Shown here: piece after piece, positions 7,453 to 17,460 of the stretch
How positions within the stretch are numbered: the stretch's first letter is position 1
Layout: each line of letters begins with the position of its first letter
From: Candidatus Magasanikiibacteriota bacterium
Lineage (GTDB): Bacteria; Patescibacteriota; Patescibacteriia; Magasanikbacterales; UBA922
Length of the DNA stretch: 64,000 bases
Reading direction: 5' to 3'
Assembly: GCA_018651085.1 (NCBI GenBank)
Contig: JABIEQ010000011.1
Location: 3,563 to 67,562 of the forward strand
Notes under the pieces: generated by a model
The model's input: the letters and a program-made list of their open reading frames with translations, nothing else
The model's database searches: none
What the model was told of the DNA's origin: nothing
Made by a program: the position numbers and the translations under genes

Positions 7453-10326
7453 TTAGCTTCCATGGCATTTTTTGTACTTTTTTCCACTTCCACAAGGACA
7501 AGGATCGTTTCTTCCTACTTTTTTTCCTTCCTCGTCTCGGGCTCTTTCTATCACTTTACCATTTTGTGTACTCTTTTTTGCTCCTTGAAGTGTCATCTTA
7601 TCGTTTGCCATGATTGATGGAGCAACTTGAAGACCAATGCCTACTTTGAAAAATGAATATACTACTTCTTTTTGGATACTTGAAAGTAGTTCATTAAACA
7701 AATGAAATGTTTCTTTTTTATATTCAATTAATGGATCTCGTTGTCCATATCCGCGTAACCCAATCCCAGCACGAAGATGGTTAATAGCAACGAGATGATT
7801 TACCCATAGGGTGTCAATTGCTCGAAGAAGTACTCCCTTTTCTATCTGATAGACTACTTCATGAGCCTTTTCTTCTTCAAGTTCATTCTCCTTTGCGACT
7901 TGTTTTAAATGCTCTTCAAAAGCACTATATTGTGTTTGTGCTTTTTCAATCATCATTGAAACAATCTTTTCTCTTGCTTCTACTTGTGCCAATTTGGTTT
8001 CTCCTGGTTTTTCTATTGCAAGCAGTGTTTCTTTTTCTTCTTCGGTAAAAGGAAAAATGGTTTTCATTGTTTCAAGAATTTCTTTTGTGTTCCACCCATT
8101 TTCTGATTCATTTTTTTGATCTCCTACCATCTCTGTGGTGTGATATGACACGACAAATTCAATTTCTGATTCAATCATTTCTAAAATCATCTCTTTAAGA
8201 GAACTGTATATTTTTTCTTTTACAGGACCTTCTTTTCCTTCATTTTCAATTTGTGCTTTTTCTTGTGCTTCTTTTTGTTTTTTGAGCATTTCCAATTGCC
8301 CTTCTGCAAGTGCAAGAATTTGTCGACGTCTTCCATAAATAACAGCTCGTTGTCTATTTAATACTTCATCGTACTCAAGAACATGCTTACGTACATCAAA
8401 ATGATGTCCTTCAACTTTCTTTTGAGCACCTTCTAGCATTCGTGTAATAAGCCGTTGTTCAATTGGCATATCGTCTGGAACGTTCATTCTGTCCATTGCT
8501 GACTTTAGTCTGTCTCCAGCAAATACACGCATCAAATCATCATCAGTTGAAACGAAGAACTGTGTTTCTCCTGGATCTCCTTGTCGTGCTGACCGTCCTC
8601 GAAGCTGATTATCAATCCGACGAGATTCGTGCCGCTCTGATCCTAAGACAAACAACCCACCAGCATTCACTACTTTGTCGTAGGCTTCTTTTGACGCTGG
8701 AATTCCCCCTAACTTAATATCAACTCCACGACCAGCAATATTTGTTGCAAGGGTCACAGAACCTGATCTTCCAGCTTGTGCAATAATTTCTCCTTCACGT
8801 TCGTGGTTTTTCGCATTTAGTATTTCATGCTCTACCCCATTTTGGGTCAAATACATACCGAGTTCTTCATTTTTTTCAACGGAAATAGTACCAACAAGTA
8901 CAGGCTGTCCTTTTTCTCTTGCTTCATTAATTTTTTGTATGATTGCCTTATGCTTTCCTGTATCTGTTTTATAAATTCTGTCAGGATGATCTACCCTTTT
9001 ATCAATTTCATTTGTCGGGATAACAATGACATCAAGATCATAAATCTTTTGAAATTCTTCTTCTTCAGTCACGGCAGTACCAGTCATTCCTGCAAGCTTC
9101 CCGTACATGCGAAATAAATTTTGAAACGTAATGGTTGCAAGTGTTTTACTTTCTCTTTTAATGGGCATGCCTTCTTTTGCTTCAATGGCTTGGTGTAGTC
9201 CACCTGAGTATCGTCGACCTGGCATTTTTCGTCCAGTAAATGAATCGATGATAACTACGTCTTCGCCTTCAACTACGTAGTCTTTATCTCGTTTAAACAA
9301 TGTTTCCGCTTTTAATGCTTGTTCTACGTGATGCACCATTTGAATACCACCTTCAGCATAAATATTATCTACTCCAAGGGCTTGTTCAAACTTTCTAATT
9401 CCTTCTTCAGTAAGCGTTGCGCTTCGTAATTTTTCGTCAACATTATAATCAGTTGCCTCATCAAGCTGAGTTACTAATCTTGCATATCTATAATATTGAT
9501 CAGTTGCTTCTTCTGCTGGTGCTGAAATAATAAGTGGGGTTCTTGATTCATCAATTAAAATAGAATCGATTTCATCGATTACGGCAAAATGCGTTTCATC
9601 TCCACTTCTCATGACCATCTGTTCAATCTTTTGAACCATGTTATCTCGAAGATAATCAAACCCAAATTCATTATTTGTTCCGTAGGTAATGTCACATTCA
9701 TACGCTTCCTTTCTTTCTGATGGACGAAGGTATGCATCTTCTACTTTAAAACTTCCAAGTTCATCTCTTTTTTGATCGGCTTCTTCTCCCTCTCCTGTCT
9801 TTTCTTTAGAAAATGCAGGGTCATACACATAACTTACTCGTTGGTTTTGAATAATTCCAACACGTAATCCTAAAAAGTCATAAATTTGTCCCATCCATAC
9901 GGCATCTCTTTTTGCAAGATAATCGTTTACCGTAATAACATGAATTCCTTTTCCTTCAAGCGCATTAAGATACACAGGAAGTGTTGCCACCAATGTCTTT
10001 CCTTCTCCGGTTCTCATTTCTGCAATTTTTCCTTGATGAATAACGGTTCCTCCAATGAGTTGCACATCATAGTGACGCATGCCCATGATTCTTACAGCCA
10101 CTTCTCGTACTGTTGCAAAGGCATCAACAAGAATGTCGTCTAATGTTTCACCTTTTTCTAATCGTGCTTTGAATTCTGCTGTTTTTCCTTTGAGTTCTTC
10201 GTCTGATAATGCTTGCATGTCTTTTTCCTTTGCATTCACAGCATTAACAATAGCATCCATTTTTTTCAGGCTTTTTTCGTTCGGGTCACCGAACACTTTG
10301 TTATAGACTTTTTTGAGATTACTCAT
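7453..10326 (-). CDS. secA: Preprotein translocase ATPase SecA.
   Basis: 957 aa. Walker A MRTGEGKT, DEAD-like DEIDSILIDE, and the C-terminal zinc-binding CPCGSGKKYKKCHG. Confidence 0.9.
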   Translation of the reverse strand: MSNLKKVYNKVFGDPNEKSLKKMDAIVNAVNAKEKDMQALSDEELKGKTAEFKARLEKGETLDDILVDAFATVREVAVRIMGMRHYDVQLIGGTVIHQGKIAEMRTGEGKTLVATLPVYLNALEGKGIHVITVNDYLAKRDAVWMGQIYDFLGLRVGIIQNQRVSYVYDPAFSKEKTGEGEEADQKRDELGSFKVEDAYLRPSERKEAYECDITYGTNNEFGFDYLRDNMVQKIEQMVMRSGDETHFAVIDEIDSILIDESRTPLIISAPAEEATDQYYRYARLVTQLDEATDYNVDEKLRSATLTEEGIRKFEQALGVDNIYAEGGIQMVHHVEQALKAETLFKRDKDYVVEGEDVVIIDSFTGRKMPGRRYSGGLHQAIEAKEGMPIKRESKTLATITFQNLFRMYGKLAGMTGTAVTEEEEFQKIYDLDVIVIPTNEIDKRVDHPDRIYKTDTGKHKAIIQKINEAREKGQPVLVGTISVEKNEELGMYLTQNGVEHEILNAKNHEREGEIIAQAGRSGSVTLATNIAGRGVDIKLGGIPASKEAYDKVVNAGGLFVLGSERHESRRIDNQLRGRSARQGDPGETQFFVSTDDDLMRVFAGDRLKSAMDRMNVPDDMPIEQRLITRMLEGAQKKVEGHHFDVRKHVLEYDEVLNRQRAVIYGRRRQILALAEGQLEMLKKQKEAQEKAQIENEGKEGPVKEKIYSSLKEMILEMIESEIEFVVSYHTTEMVGDQKNESENGWNTKEILETMKTIFPFTEEEKETLLAIEKPGETKLAQVEAREKIVSMMIEKAQTQYSAFEEHLKQVAKENELEEEKAHEVVYQIEKGVLLRAIDTLWVNHLVAINHLRAGIGLRGYGQRDPLIEYKKETFHLFNELLSSIQKEVVYSFFKVGIGLQVAPSIMANDKMTLQGAKKSTQNGKVIERARDEEGKKVGRNDPCPCGSGKKYKKCHGS

Positions 10327-10386
10327 AGCTACATCTTGATATAAAACGGCTCTATTCTATCATAAGCCCCCTCTTATGTCTACCGT

Positions 10387-10416
10387 TTGCCTATTCTCTT
10401 TTTTTTAGGTTATACT
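10387..10416 (+). promoter_or_regulatory. Sigma70-like promoter (TTGCCT-N18-TATACT) upstream of the small peptide cassette.
   Basis: Read from the sequence. Sits about 25 nt upstream of an AAGGAGG SD. Confidence 0.35.
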
Positions 10417-10446
10417 CCTTTACGAACCCCCTAAGGAGGATTCACC

Positions 10447-10563
10447 GTGGACGATGAAGAACGTCAAAAAGCAGAGCAAGAGCTTAATGAAGTAGTGTGG
10501 TATCCTGCCGCCCTCATTTTGGCCATTGCGAGCCTTTTGTTCCTTCTTGAACTCTTCTGGTGA
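10447..10563 (+). CDS. Small hydrophobic peptide (38 aa, GTG start; VDDEERQKAEQELNEVVWYPAALILAIASLLFLLELFW).
   Basis: Perfect AAGGAGG SD 6 nt before an in-frame GTG. A single TM helix. Followed by two hairpins, the second being ACACCGCCAGAGAGGCGGTGT plus a T-tract. Moderately GC-enriched relative to the flanks. Confidence 0.35.
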   Translation: MDDEERQKAEQELNEVVWYPAALILAIASLLFLLELFW

Positions 10564-10641
10564 GTGGACGCCTTGAGGAAGCGTCCCCACCCAATAAACT
10601 ACATACACCGCCAGAGAGGCGGTGTATTTTTTATTTCTTGT

Positions 10642-13440
10642 TTAAGTATTCAATATATTTAAATTAGGGTATTTCTTTTGCAAGGATATTTTCTCTTCAT
10701 GAGGTAGACTACGAAGGTCAAGATTCTGACCAACATCTCCAAAGGTTACGCCTTCCAGGCTCGTTATACTACGAAGGTTAAGACTTCCACCAACATCTGA
10801 CAAGGTTACACCTTCCAGACTGGTTATACTACGAAGGTCAAGATTTCCACCAACATCTGGCAAGGTTACACCTTCTAGACTGGTTATACTGCCAAGGTAA
10901 AGATTTCCATCAACATCTGGCAAGGTTACACCTTCCAGGCTTGTTATGCTGTTAAGGTAAAGATCCCTACCAACATCTCCAAAAGTCACACCTTCCAGGC
11001 TCGTTATGCTGTTAAGGTAAAGACTTCCACCAACATCTGGCAAGGTTACACCTTCCAGACTGGTTATACTGTCAAGGTAAAGACTTCCACCAACACCTGG
11101 TAAGGTTACACCTTCGAGGCTTGTTATGCTGTTAAGGTAAAGATCCCTACCAACATTTCCAAAAGTCACACCTTCCAGACTGGTTATACTACGAAGGTTA
11201 AGATCCCTACCAACATCTGGCAAGGTTACGCCTTCCAGGCTCGTTATACTGCGAAGGTCAAGACTCCCACCAACATCTCCAAAGGTTACACCTTCCAGGC
11301 TCGTTATGCTGTTAAGGTAAAAATTTCCACCAACATCTGGCAAGGTTACACCTTCTAGGCTGGTTATACTACGAAGGTCAAGATTTCCACCAACATCTGG
11401 TAAGGTTACACCTTCCAGGCTTGTTATGCTGTTAAGGCTAAGATCCCCACCAACATTTCCAAAAGTCACACCTTCCAGACTGGTTATACTACGAAGGTTA
11501 AGATCCCTACCAACATCTGGCAAGGTTACGCCTTCCAGGCTGGTTATACTGCCAAGGTAAAGATTTCCACCAATATCTGGCAAGATTACACCTTCCAGGC
11601 TGGTTATACTGTTAAGGTAAAGATCCCCACCAACATCTGACAAGGTTACACCTTCTAGGCTGGTTATACTACGAAGGTCAAGATTTCCACCAACATCTGG
11701 CAAGGTTACACCTTCTAGACTGGTTATACTGCGAAGGTCAAGATTCCCATCAACATCTGGCAAGGTTACACCTTCTAGACTGGTTATACTGCGAAGGTCA
11801 AGATTCCCATAGTGAAATAATGTATCTCCATTAAGTGCTTCGTTGTGGGTCGTAGATATTTTATCTTTTGTCATTTCGGGATACTTGGTTTGCAAGGCAA
11901 AGGCTAAATCTTCTTTTATATCAATTCCTCTATCTCGTCTGTTATCAATTATTTCTTGGACACGTGAATCTCTTCCATAACCAAACCCTTGTACTTTTTC
12001 ATTAATCTCATAAAGAAAAGTAAGATCTTGTGGAGAAAGTGGCTCGGTTGCTTGATGTCGTTTATATATATCGGTCAATTGCTTCATATCAGCATCTTTC
12101 TTTTGATACACATCTCCATCTGGAAATTCAGTAAGTTTGTTTCCTAAAATAGCAGTCTTTGCCATGTACGAATCAATATTTTGCTTTACTGCGCGACCAC
12201 GAACCTCTGCAATATTATTACCTTTCATACGTATCGCTAAACGTGGAATAGTTGCTTCATTATTTTCGTCTTCAGAATAATATACATGAAAGTCACCTGC
12301 AGCAACTTGAGACGAAGCAAATCCTTCCCCAGCTGTACACCATCCAGTTCCTTTGCCTTGTAAAGAATCAACCAATTTCATATGATCAGATCCTTTGGGA
12401 TATGTTACCCAAGTACCTTTTGTAACTTGTAAAACAGACTCATCTATCTCAACTAATTGTTTAAAGGCTTCGTTATACAATGTACGAAAATCTGTATGAG
12501 AAAGGAGTTCCTCAATGTCTTCGAGAGGTTTGTCTATATCTTCATACCCAAGCATTTTCTTTTGCCTTTCTTCAAGTACCTCTAACTTTTGTGAAAATTT
12601 TTCTATTTCTTTATTACGATCACTTTCATCTTCTGGAAGACGTTCTAAAAGACGTCTGTCCTTACTAATACCTTTTTCTAGCGCTGCTTTTGTTTTGGTT
12701 TGTATCCCTTCTTTTTGTAGTAATCCTTCTTTTTTTGTAATACCACTGTTAATATTGTCATAGGAACGTAATCTATCTAATTGTCTTTTTACATCATTTT
12801 TCTCTTCAAGTAATGAAATATATTCTTTACTAAATTGTGATTGTAAAAGTTCCATAGCATAAACCAGAGCCTCTTGGTTTAACTCTGGATATGGAGCTAC
12901 AGTGTCTTTTGATCGAGGAATAAAAGTATCACTATTTTGTGCCTCAGGGTCTCCTGCATCAGGGTTTCGTCTTAATTTTTTCATCCCTTCAAAAGCCCAA
13001 TATTTGAGCCACACAGGGTACCCTTCTGCATCTGAAGAAGAAAAATAATTGATCCAATAATCTAAACTTGCACGCTGATCTCTTCCAATAACTTCTCCAG
13101 CTTGTGAACGCAATTCCGGAGTAATCTCTGGAATTTCTCTCCCCTCATTACGTGCTACTCGTTGTTGTTGAACAAAAAAACTATCAGGCACATCTTTTGC
13201 TTTCATAACATACAGCTCATGGGCTGCTTGTTTCATCCGTGTTACTACTTCTTGATCTGTTTTTGCATCTTCCAAAATATCTTGCCACATCTGTAACCAG
13301 CCCTCAATCTTTTTTCTTGGTTGTTCTTCCTTCTTTTCCTGTCGTTCTTCACGTTGCCATTGAAGATGTTCTATGATTGGCTCCTTATGAAGTGATGGAT
13401 CTTGCTGATGCAAAAAATGCTCTGGATTTCTTGGTCGCAT
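10642..13440 (-). CDS. Large putative surface protein (932 aa): N-terminal domain of unknown function plus about 18 tandem 20-aa leucine-rich repeats.
   Basis: The C-terminal half is made of near-identical NLDLRSITSLEGVTLPDVGG units, an LRR-like pattern LxxLxLxxIxxL. The N-terminal 550 aa has no recognisable motif. Confidence 0.7.
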   Translation of the reverse strand: MRPRNPEHFLHQQDPSLHKEPIIEHLQWQREERQEKKEEQPRKKIEGWLQMWQDILEDAKTDQEVVTRMKQAAHELYVMKAKDVPDSFFVQQQRVARNEGREIPEITPELRSQAGEVIGRDQRASLDYWINYFSSSDAEGYPVWLKYWAFEGMKKLRRNPDAGDPEAQNSDTFIPRSKDTVAPYPELNQEALVYAMELLQSQFSKEYISLLEEKNDVKRQLDRLRSYDNINSGITKKEGLLQKEGIQTKTKAALEKGISKDRRLLERLPEDESDRNKEIEKFSQKLEVLEERQKKMLGYEDIDKPLEDIEELLSHTDFRTLYNEAFKQLVEIDESVLQVTKGTWVTYPKGSDHMKLVDSLQGKGTGWCTAGEGFASSQVAAGDFHVYYSEDENNEATIPRLAIRMKGNNIAEVRGRAVKQNIDSYMAKTAILGNKLTEFPDGDVYQKKDADMKQLTDIYKRHQATEPLSPQDLTFLYEINEKVQGFGYGRDSRVQEIIDNRRDRGIDIKEDLAFALQTKYPEMTKDKISTTHNEALNGDTLFHYGNLDLRSITSLEGVTLPDVDGNLDLRSITSLEGVTLPDVGGNLDLRSITSLEGVTLSDVGGDLYLNSITSLEGVILPDIGGNLYLGSITSLEGVTLPDVGRDLNLRSITSLEGVTFGNVGGDLSLNSITSLEGVTLPDVGGNLDLRSITSLEGVTLPDVGGNFYLNSITSLEGVTFGDVGGSLDLRSITSLEGVTLPDVGRDLNLRSITSLEGVTFGNVGRDLYLNSITSLEGVTLPGVGGSLYLDSITSLEGVTLPDVGGSLYLNSITSLEGVTFGDVGRDLYLNSITSLEGVTLPDVDGNLYLGSITSLEGVTLPDVGGNLDLRSITSLEGVTLSDVGGSLNLRSITSLEGVTFGDVGQNLDLRSLPHEEKISLQKKYPNLNILNT
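10699..11808. repeat. About 18 tandem copies of a 60-bp coding repeat inside the LRR protein gene.
   Basis: The unit (plus strand, about 90% identical between copies) is ccaacatctggcaaggttacaccttccaggctggttatactacgaaggtcaagatttcca, seen directly in the sequence. Confidence 0.85.
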
Positions 13441-13470
13441 AAAACAAATATTATCTAACGTGTAAGACTC

Positions 13471-13986
13471 TTAACCTTTTCTATCTACGCCGTAATAATT
13501 TAGCGATAGTTCGTACCAGAGGGTTATACCAAGTAATGTGGGCGTTGCGACAAATCCTCCATGCCACAAATCTACAAACCATCCAATGACTAACGCAAGT
13601 AATACCTTTACCCAAATTTCTTTTGATATAAGAGGTCTTCTTTTTCCAACGAGGTCTTGTTCATTTTTTCCCATGATAAGAAATCCAATCATAAGTGTTC
13701 TATACACAGCCATTACTCCCTGTTGAGAAGCCACTACTCTTTTTTCTTTACTTGTAAATGATGGTACAAGAAAACGGATGACAATAAGACACACTACAAA
13801 AGCCACAAGAAGAATGAGCCATACTGGAAACACTCCACCGGGTCTTAAAAGAAACGTTACTAGTGTACTTTCACTAAATGGACCAATAAACAAATATAAT
13901 CCAAATGCTATACCAAACCAAGCTATAATAGTAACCACAAAAGAAAAAAGTGTCACACCAAGTGTTTCATTTGTCTTTGCATTCAT
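13471..13986 (-). CDS. Hypothetical integral membrane protein (about 170 aa).
   Basis: Four predicted TM helices. Start moved to the internal ATG (MNAKTNETL) to avoid a 41-nt overlap with hpf. Confidence 0.45.
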   Translation of the reverse strand: MNAKTNETLGVTLFSFVVTIIAWFGIAFGLYLFIGPFSESTLVTFLLRPGGVFPVWLILLVAFVVCLIVIRFLVPSFTSKEKRVVASQQGVMAVYRTLMIGFLIMGKNEQDLVGKRRPLISKEIWVKVLLALVIGWFVDLWHGGFVATPTLLGITLWYELSLNYYGVDRKG

Positions 13987-13987
13987 A

Positions 13988-14335
13988 TTACTCTGATTGG
14001 TACGCTTTTTGTTCTCTAATATTTTCACGCTCTTTGTGACGCATGTGTCCTTTCACTTTTTCAAATTCCACTTTTAGATGATCTCGTACTTTATCTATTG
14101 ATTTATACAAACTCTCGGCATCTTTTGACATGTATATTTTCTTTTTAGGAAGATGGACGTTTGCTTCTGTATAAAATATTTTCCCTTGTTTGTGATGGTT
14201 TGATCGCATTCCAACAGTTACATCTATTTGTGTAATATTATCAAAGTACTTTTCAAGACTACTCATTTTTTCTTCTGCATACTGTTTAATTGCATCTGTC
14301 ATATCTACACCTTTCGCTTGAATTGCAAGTATCAT
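13988..14335 (-). CDS. hpf: Ribosome hibernation promoting factor / RaiA family.
   Basis: 115 aa. MTDAIKQYAEEK...ITQIDVTV...FYTEANVHLP pattern of the ribosomal subunit interface protein. Confidence 0.7.
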   Translation of the reverse strand: MILAIQAKGVDMTDAIKQYAEEKMSSLEKYFDNITQIDVTVGMRSNHHKQGKIFYTEANVHLPKKKIYMSKDAESLYKSIDKVRDHLKVEFEKVKGHMRHKERENIREQKAYQSE

Positions 14336-14368
14336 ATAGTAAGTCTATAAGAATTAAATAACATGTTT

Positions 14369-15343
14369 TTATACTCGTTGTATCTCTTCTTCTAGAGAAA
14401 TACTATAGGTATCATACACCTTTTGTTTAATCTCATCAATAAGTTTTTCTACATCTTCTGCTCGTGCATTTCCAGTGTTCACAATAAAATTCCCATGACG
14501 TTCACTTACCTTTGCTCCTCCGATTTCTTTTCCTTTTAATCCCACTTTTTCTACTAACCACCCTGCTGGTATTTTTTTATTTTTAAGGAACTCTTCTGGA
14601 ACACCAAGATCTTTAAGCGCGTCATGTCTATCATCTTTCACTTCATGGTTTTTAAATATACATCCAGTTGAGGCATGCCCTTGTGGTTGCGTGCTATTTC
14701 TGTACGCAAGATACTCCATGGCTTGTTTTAATCCTGTCGCGTTCTCCCCTTTTTCTAGTGTTATTGTGACTCGTAAAATAACGTCACTATTATGTTTAAA
14801 AATAGTATCTCTATATTGAAAGGCAATGTCTTCTTTTTTTATGGTAGAGACTTCCCCATTTCTATACACCTCTACTGATTCCACGATATCTTTCATTTCT
14901 CCACCAGTAGCACCAGCGTTTCCTCGTACAGCACCACCAATTGATCCAGGAACCCCAACACCCCATTCAAACCCCGTAAGCCCTTCATCTATAGTCACTC
15001 GAGCAAGACCAACGGTTGTCATCCCCGCAGCGCTTGTTATGTGGTTACCTACGACAGTATGTGTTTTATCACTTATTTTTACAACGACTCCATCGAACCC
15101 TTCGTCAGCCACAAGCATGTTACTTCCTCCACCAAAAATCATATATGCTACCCCTTTTTCATCAAGGTACTGCAATAATTCAATAACCGCGTCTACTTTT
15201 TCGACGGTTATGAATATTTTTGCATTTCCACCAATTTTAAACGTAGTATGCTTTTGTAAAGGTTCATCTATTTTTACCTTTCCAAAGTGCTTTATTGTCT
15301 TATATATTTCTTCCATAATTATTGCATTATTCATATTCTTCAC
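14369..15343 (-). CDS. murB: UDP-N-acetylenolpyruvoylglucosamine reductase MurB.
   Basis: FAD-binding FKIGGNA and MIFGGGSNMLV motifs, plus the C-terminal MurB domain. Confidence 0.75.
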   Translation of the reverse strand: MKNMNNAIIMEEIYKTIKHFGKVKIDEPLQKHTTFKIGGNAKIFITVEKVDAVIELLQYLDEKGVAYMIFGGGSNMLVADEGFDGVVVKISDKTHTVVGNHITSAAGMTTVGLARVTIDEGLTGFEWGVGVPGSIGGAVRGNAGATGGEMKDIVESVEVYRNGEVSTIKKEDIAFQYRDTIFKHNSDVILRVTITLEKGENATGLKQAMEYLAYRNSTQPQGHASTGCIFKNHEVKDDRHDALKDLGVPEEFLKNKKIPAGWLVEKVGLKGKEIGGAKVSERHGNFIVNTGNARAEDVEKLIDEIKQKVYDTYSISLEEEIQRV

Positions 15344-15360
15344 GTATCATAACTGTGCTA

Positions 15361-16577
15361 TGAAACGTCTTTCTACTAAGCTTAATCAAACACCCGTTGT
15401 CTACGTTACCCGAGACATTGAACGGGCCCTTGGTCTTCCGGATACGGAAGGTTATTTTATTATCTCAAATGCAACCGAATTTGCCAAGGAGGTGGCTAAA
15501 AATAGAGCGCATATACTCCTTATTGAAGAAGAGACTATTCTTGATACTTGGCAGCTTCTTGAGCATGATAAGACCAATACATTCCTAAAGACTTTATCTT
15601 CTCAACGTATAGTTGTCTTTAAAAACACCCCACATATTGAACGTATTTGTGCTTCTAAACAATATAACCTTTTAAACCCAGCAGCAGATCTTGCTTTAAC
15701 TGTTGAAGCAAAAATTTCTCAAGTGTCTTGGCTTGGAGATCTTGCAACGTATCTTCCCCCATCTGAGATTCTTCTTGGAAAAGATCTTACGTATGCAGGT
15801 ACTCCTTTTATAGTACAATTTAATAGAACACACACTGGTGGCGGTACAATGCTGATTGAATCAGAAGATGATCTTATATCTATAAAGGAACGCTTTCCAA
15901 ATCGTGAGGTACGAAAAAGTACATATATTGAAGGGTACACTATTACTAGTAATAATGTTGTTTCAACATCTGATACCTTTATTGGAAACATTAGCTATCA
16001 AATCACCGGATTATCTCCATTTACTTCTCAACCATTTGCTACCATTGGAAATGATTGGGCCCTTCCACCTAACATTTTAACTGAAAAACAACTTGAACTT
16101 TATACTACTATGGTTAACGCTATAGGTATGAAACTCAAGGGTGCTGGCTGGAAAGGACTCTTTGGTGTTGATGCCCTTGTTTCTTCTAAAGATGGCGCTA
16201 TTTATCTTATTGAAATAAATGCACGTCAACCTGCCTCAACTACATTTGAAAGTGTGCTTCAAGAAGACTCTGGTTCTGTTACCATGTTTGCACTTCATTT
16301 AGCAGCATTACTTGATATTGATTCATCTTCTATGTCTCGAGCATCTCTTTCTTCTGGTGCTCAGATTATTTTAAGACAAAAAGAAGAACCTCTTTCCTCT
16401 GAAACTGTTATGCAGTATAAAGATACGCTTATTGAGGCCGGGTACACAGTCATGAGTTATCCTGGCACAAAGCCAGGGACAGATCTTTTACGGATTCAAA
16501 CAGAAACTTCTTTGATGGACGCACATAATGTCTTTTCACCTAAGGGAAACCAGATTATTGATATACTTTCTTTATGA
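15361..16577 (+). CDS. ATP-grasp domain protein (about 405 aa).
   Basis: GVDALV...GAIYLIEINARQPAS is an ATP-grasp signature. Start chosen at MKRLSTKL just after murB; the longer ORF-track N-terminus runs antisense through murB and is spurious. Confidence 0.6.
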
Positions 16578-17359
16578 CAGATAAAAAAACTTTAACACCT
16601 GAAGCACTTTCGATTATTGATGCCTATAAGGGTTTGTCTTTTGGTGGAACATGTACTGTTTCAACACCGTACATGAATAACAAACGTCAACAAGTGCGTG
16701 CAGCTCTTCGTGTGTTGATTGGTAAAGGCTCTTCAGAAGAAATTGTTGAAGAGGCTACTCTTATTGCCTTACGTGAGAATACGGATCTTACAAAAATGAA
16801 TGAGAAAGACCTACGTACATTTCTTATTGACCATAACTTAGGTATTGATTGTTCTGGACTTGTGTATCACGTCCTTACTGCTGAATATCGTACACGATAC
16901 AAAAAATCTCTTTCAACAATACTCTCGTTTGTGTACGCAAAAAATATTATACGAAAAATGCTTAGTCGTTTTCGTCCAATTGAAAACACTAATGTGTCTA
17001 CACTTGCACACGAGAAAAATAGCACTCCTATTTTATTAAAAGATATCTCTCCAGGAGATCTTATTGCGGCTATTGAAGCAAAAGGCTTTGGTACTCCAAA
17101 TCACATTCTTATTGTTCATGAAGTTACCTATGTAGATAATCTCCTTTCTTCTTTTTCCTATACACATTCACTTCGATGGAAAACAGATGATACGTTAACT
17201 CATGGTGTGCGACAAGGAACAGTGACAATTATTAATGAAGATAAGTCTATCCTTGAACAACGTTGGGAAGAACAAGGCCATGTTGGTGAAAAAAATCAGA
17301 CGTTAGCTCTTTTATTATCTTCTAACGCCGTTTCTCTCTTACGGCTAAAACAAAAATAA
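16574..17359 (+). CDS. Hypothetical protein with an NlpC/P60-like Cys-His signature.
   Basis: GIDCSGLVYHVL followed by HILIVHEV resembles a papain-like NlpC/P60 catalytic dyad. 4-nt overlap with the ATP-grasp gene. Confidence 0.4.
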   Translation: MTDKKTLTPEALSIIDAYKGLSFGGTCTVSTPYMNNKRQQVRAALRVLIGKGSSEEIVEEATLIALRENTDLTKMNEKDLRTFLIDHNLGIDCSGLVYHVLTAEYRTRYKKSLSTILSFVYAKNIIRKMLSRFRPIENTNVSTLAHEKNSTPILLKDISPGDLIAAIEAKGFGTPNHILIVHEVTYVDNLLSSFSYTHSLRWKTDDTLTHGVRQGTVTIINEDKSILEQRWEEQGHVGEKNQTLALLLSSNAVSLLRLKQK

Positions 17360-17460
17360 TCTTGGATATCCAAGATTATTTTTTACTCACAGTATTCCTA
17401 TACTAGAAATTCTATGGGTACTCTGGAGTTCGCGACAGCGAACCGTTACCCCCTCCCTTA

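Noticed and set aside
10699-11808. CRISPR array suggested by regularly spaced repeats.
   Set aside because: The repeats are contiguous 60-bp units with no spacers. They lie inside a long ORF encoding LRR units, not a repeat-spacer array.
14826-15360. N-terminal 178 codons of the ORF-track call for the ATP-grasp gene (14826-16577).
   Set aside because: This part is antisense to murB and low-complexity (S/P/T-rich). The real start is the ATG at 15361, just after the murB start.
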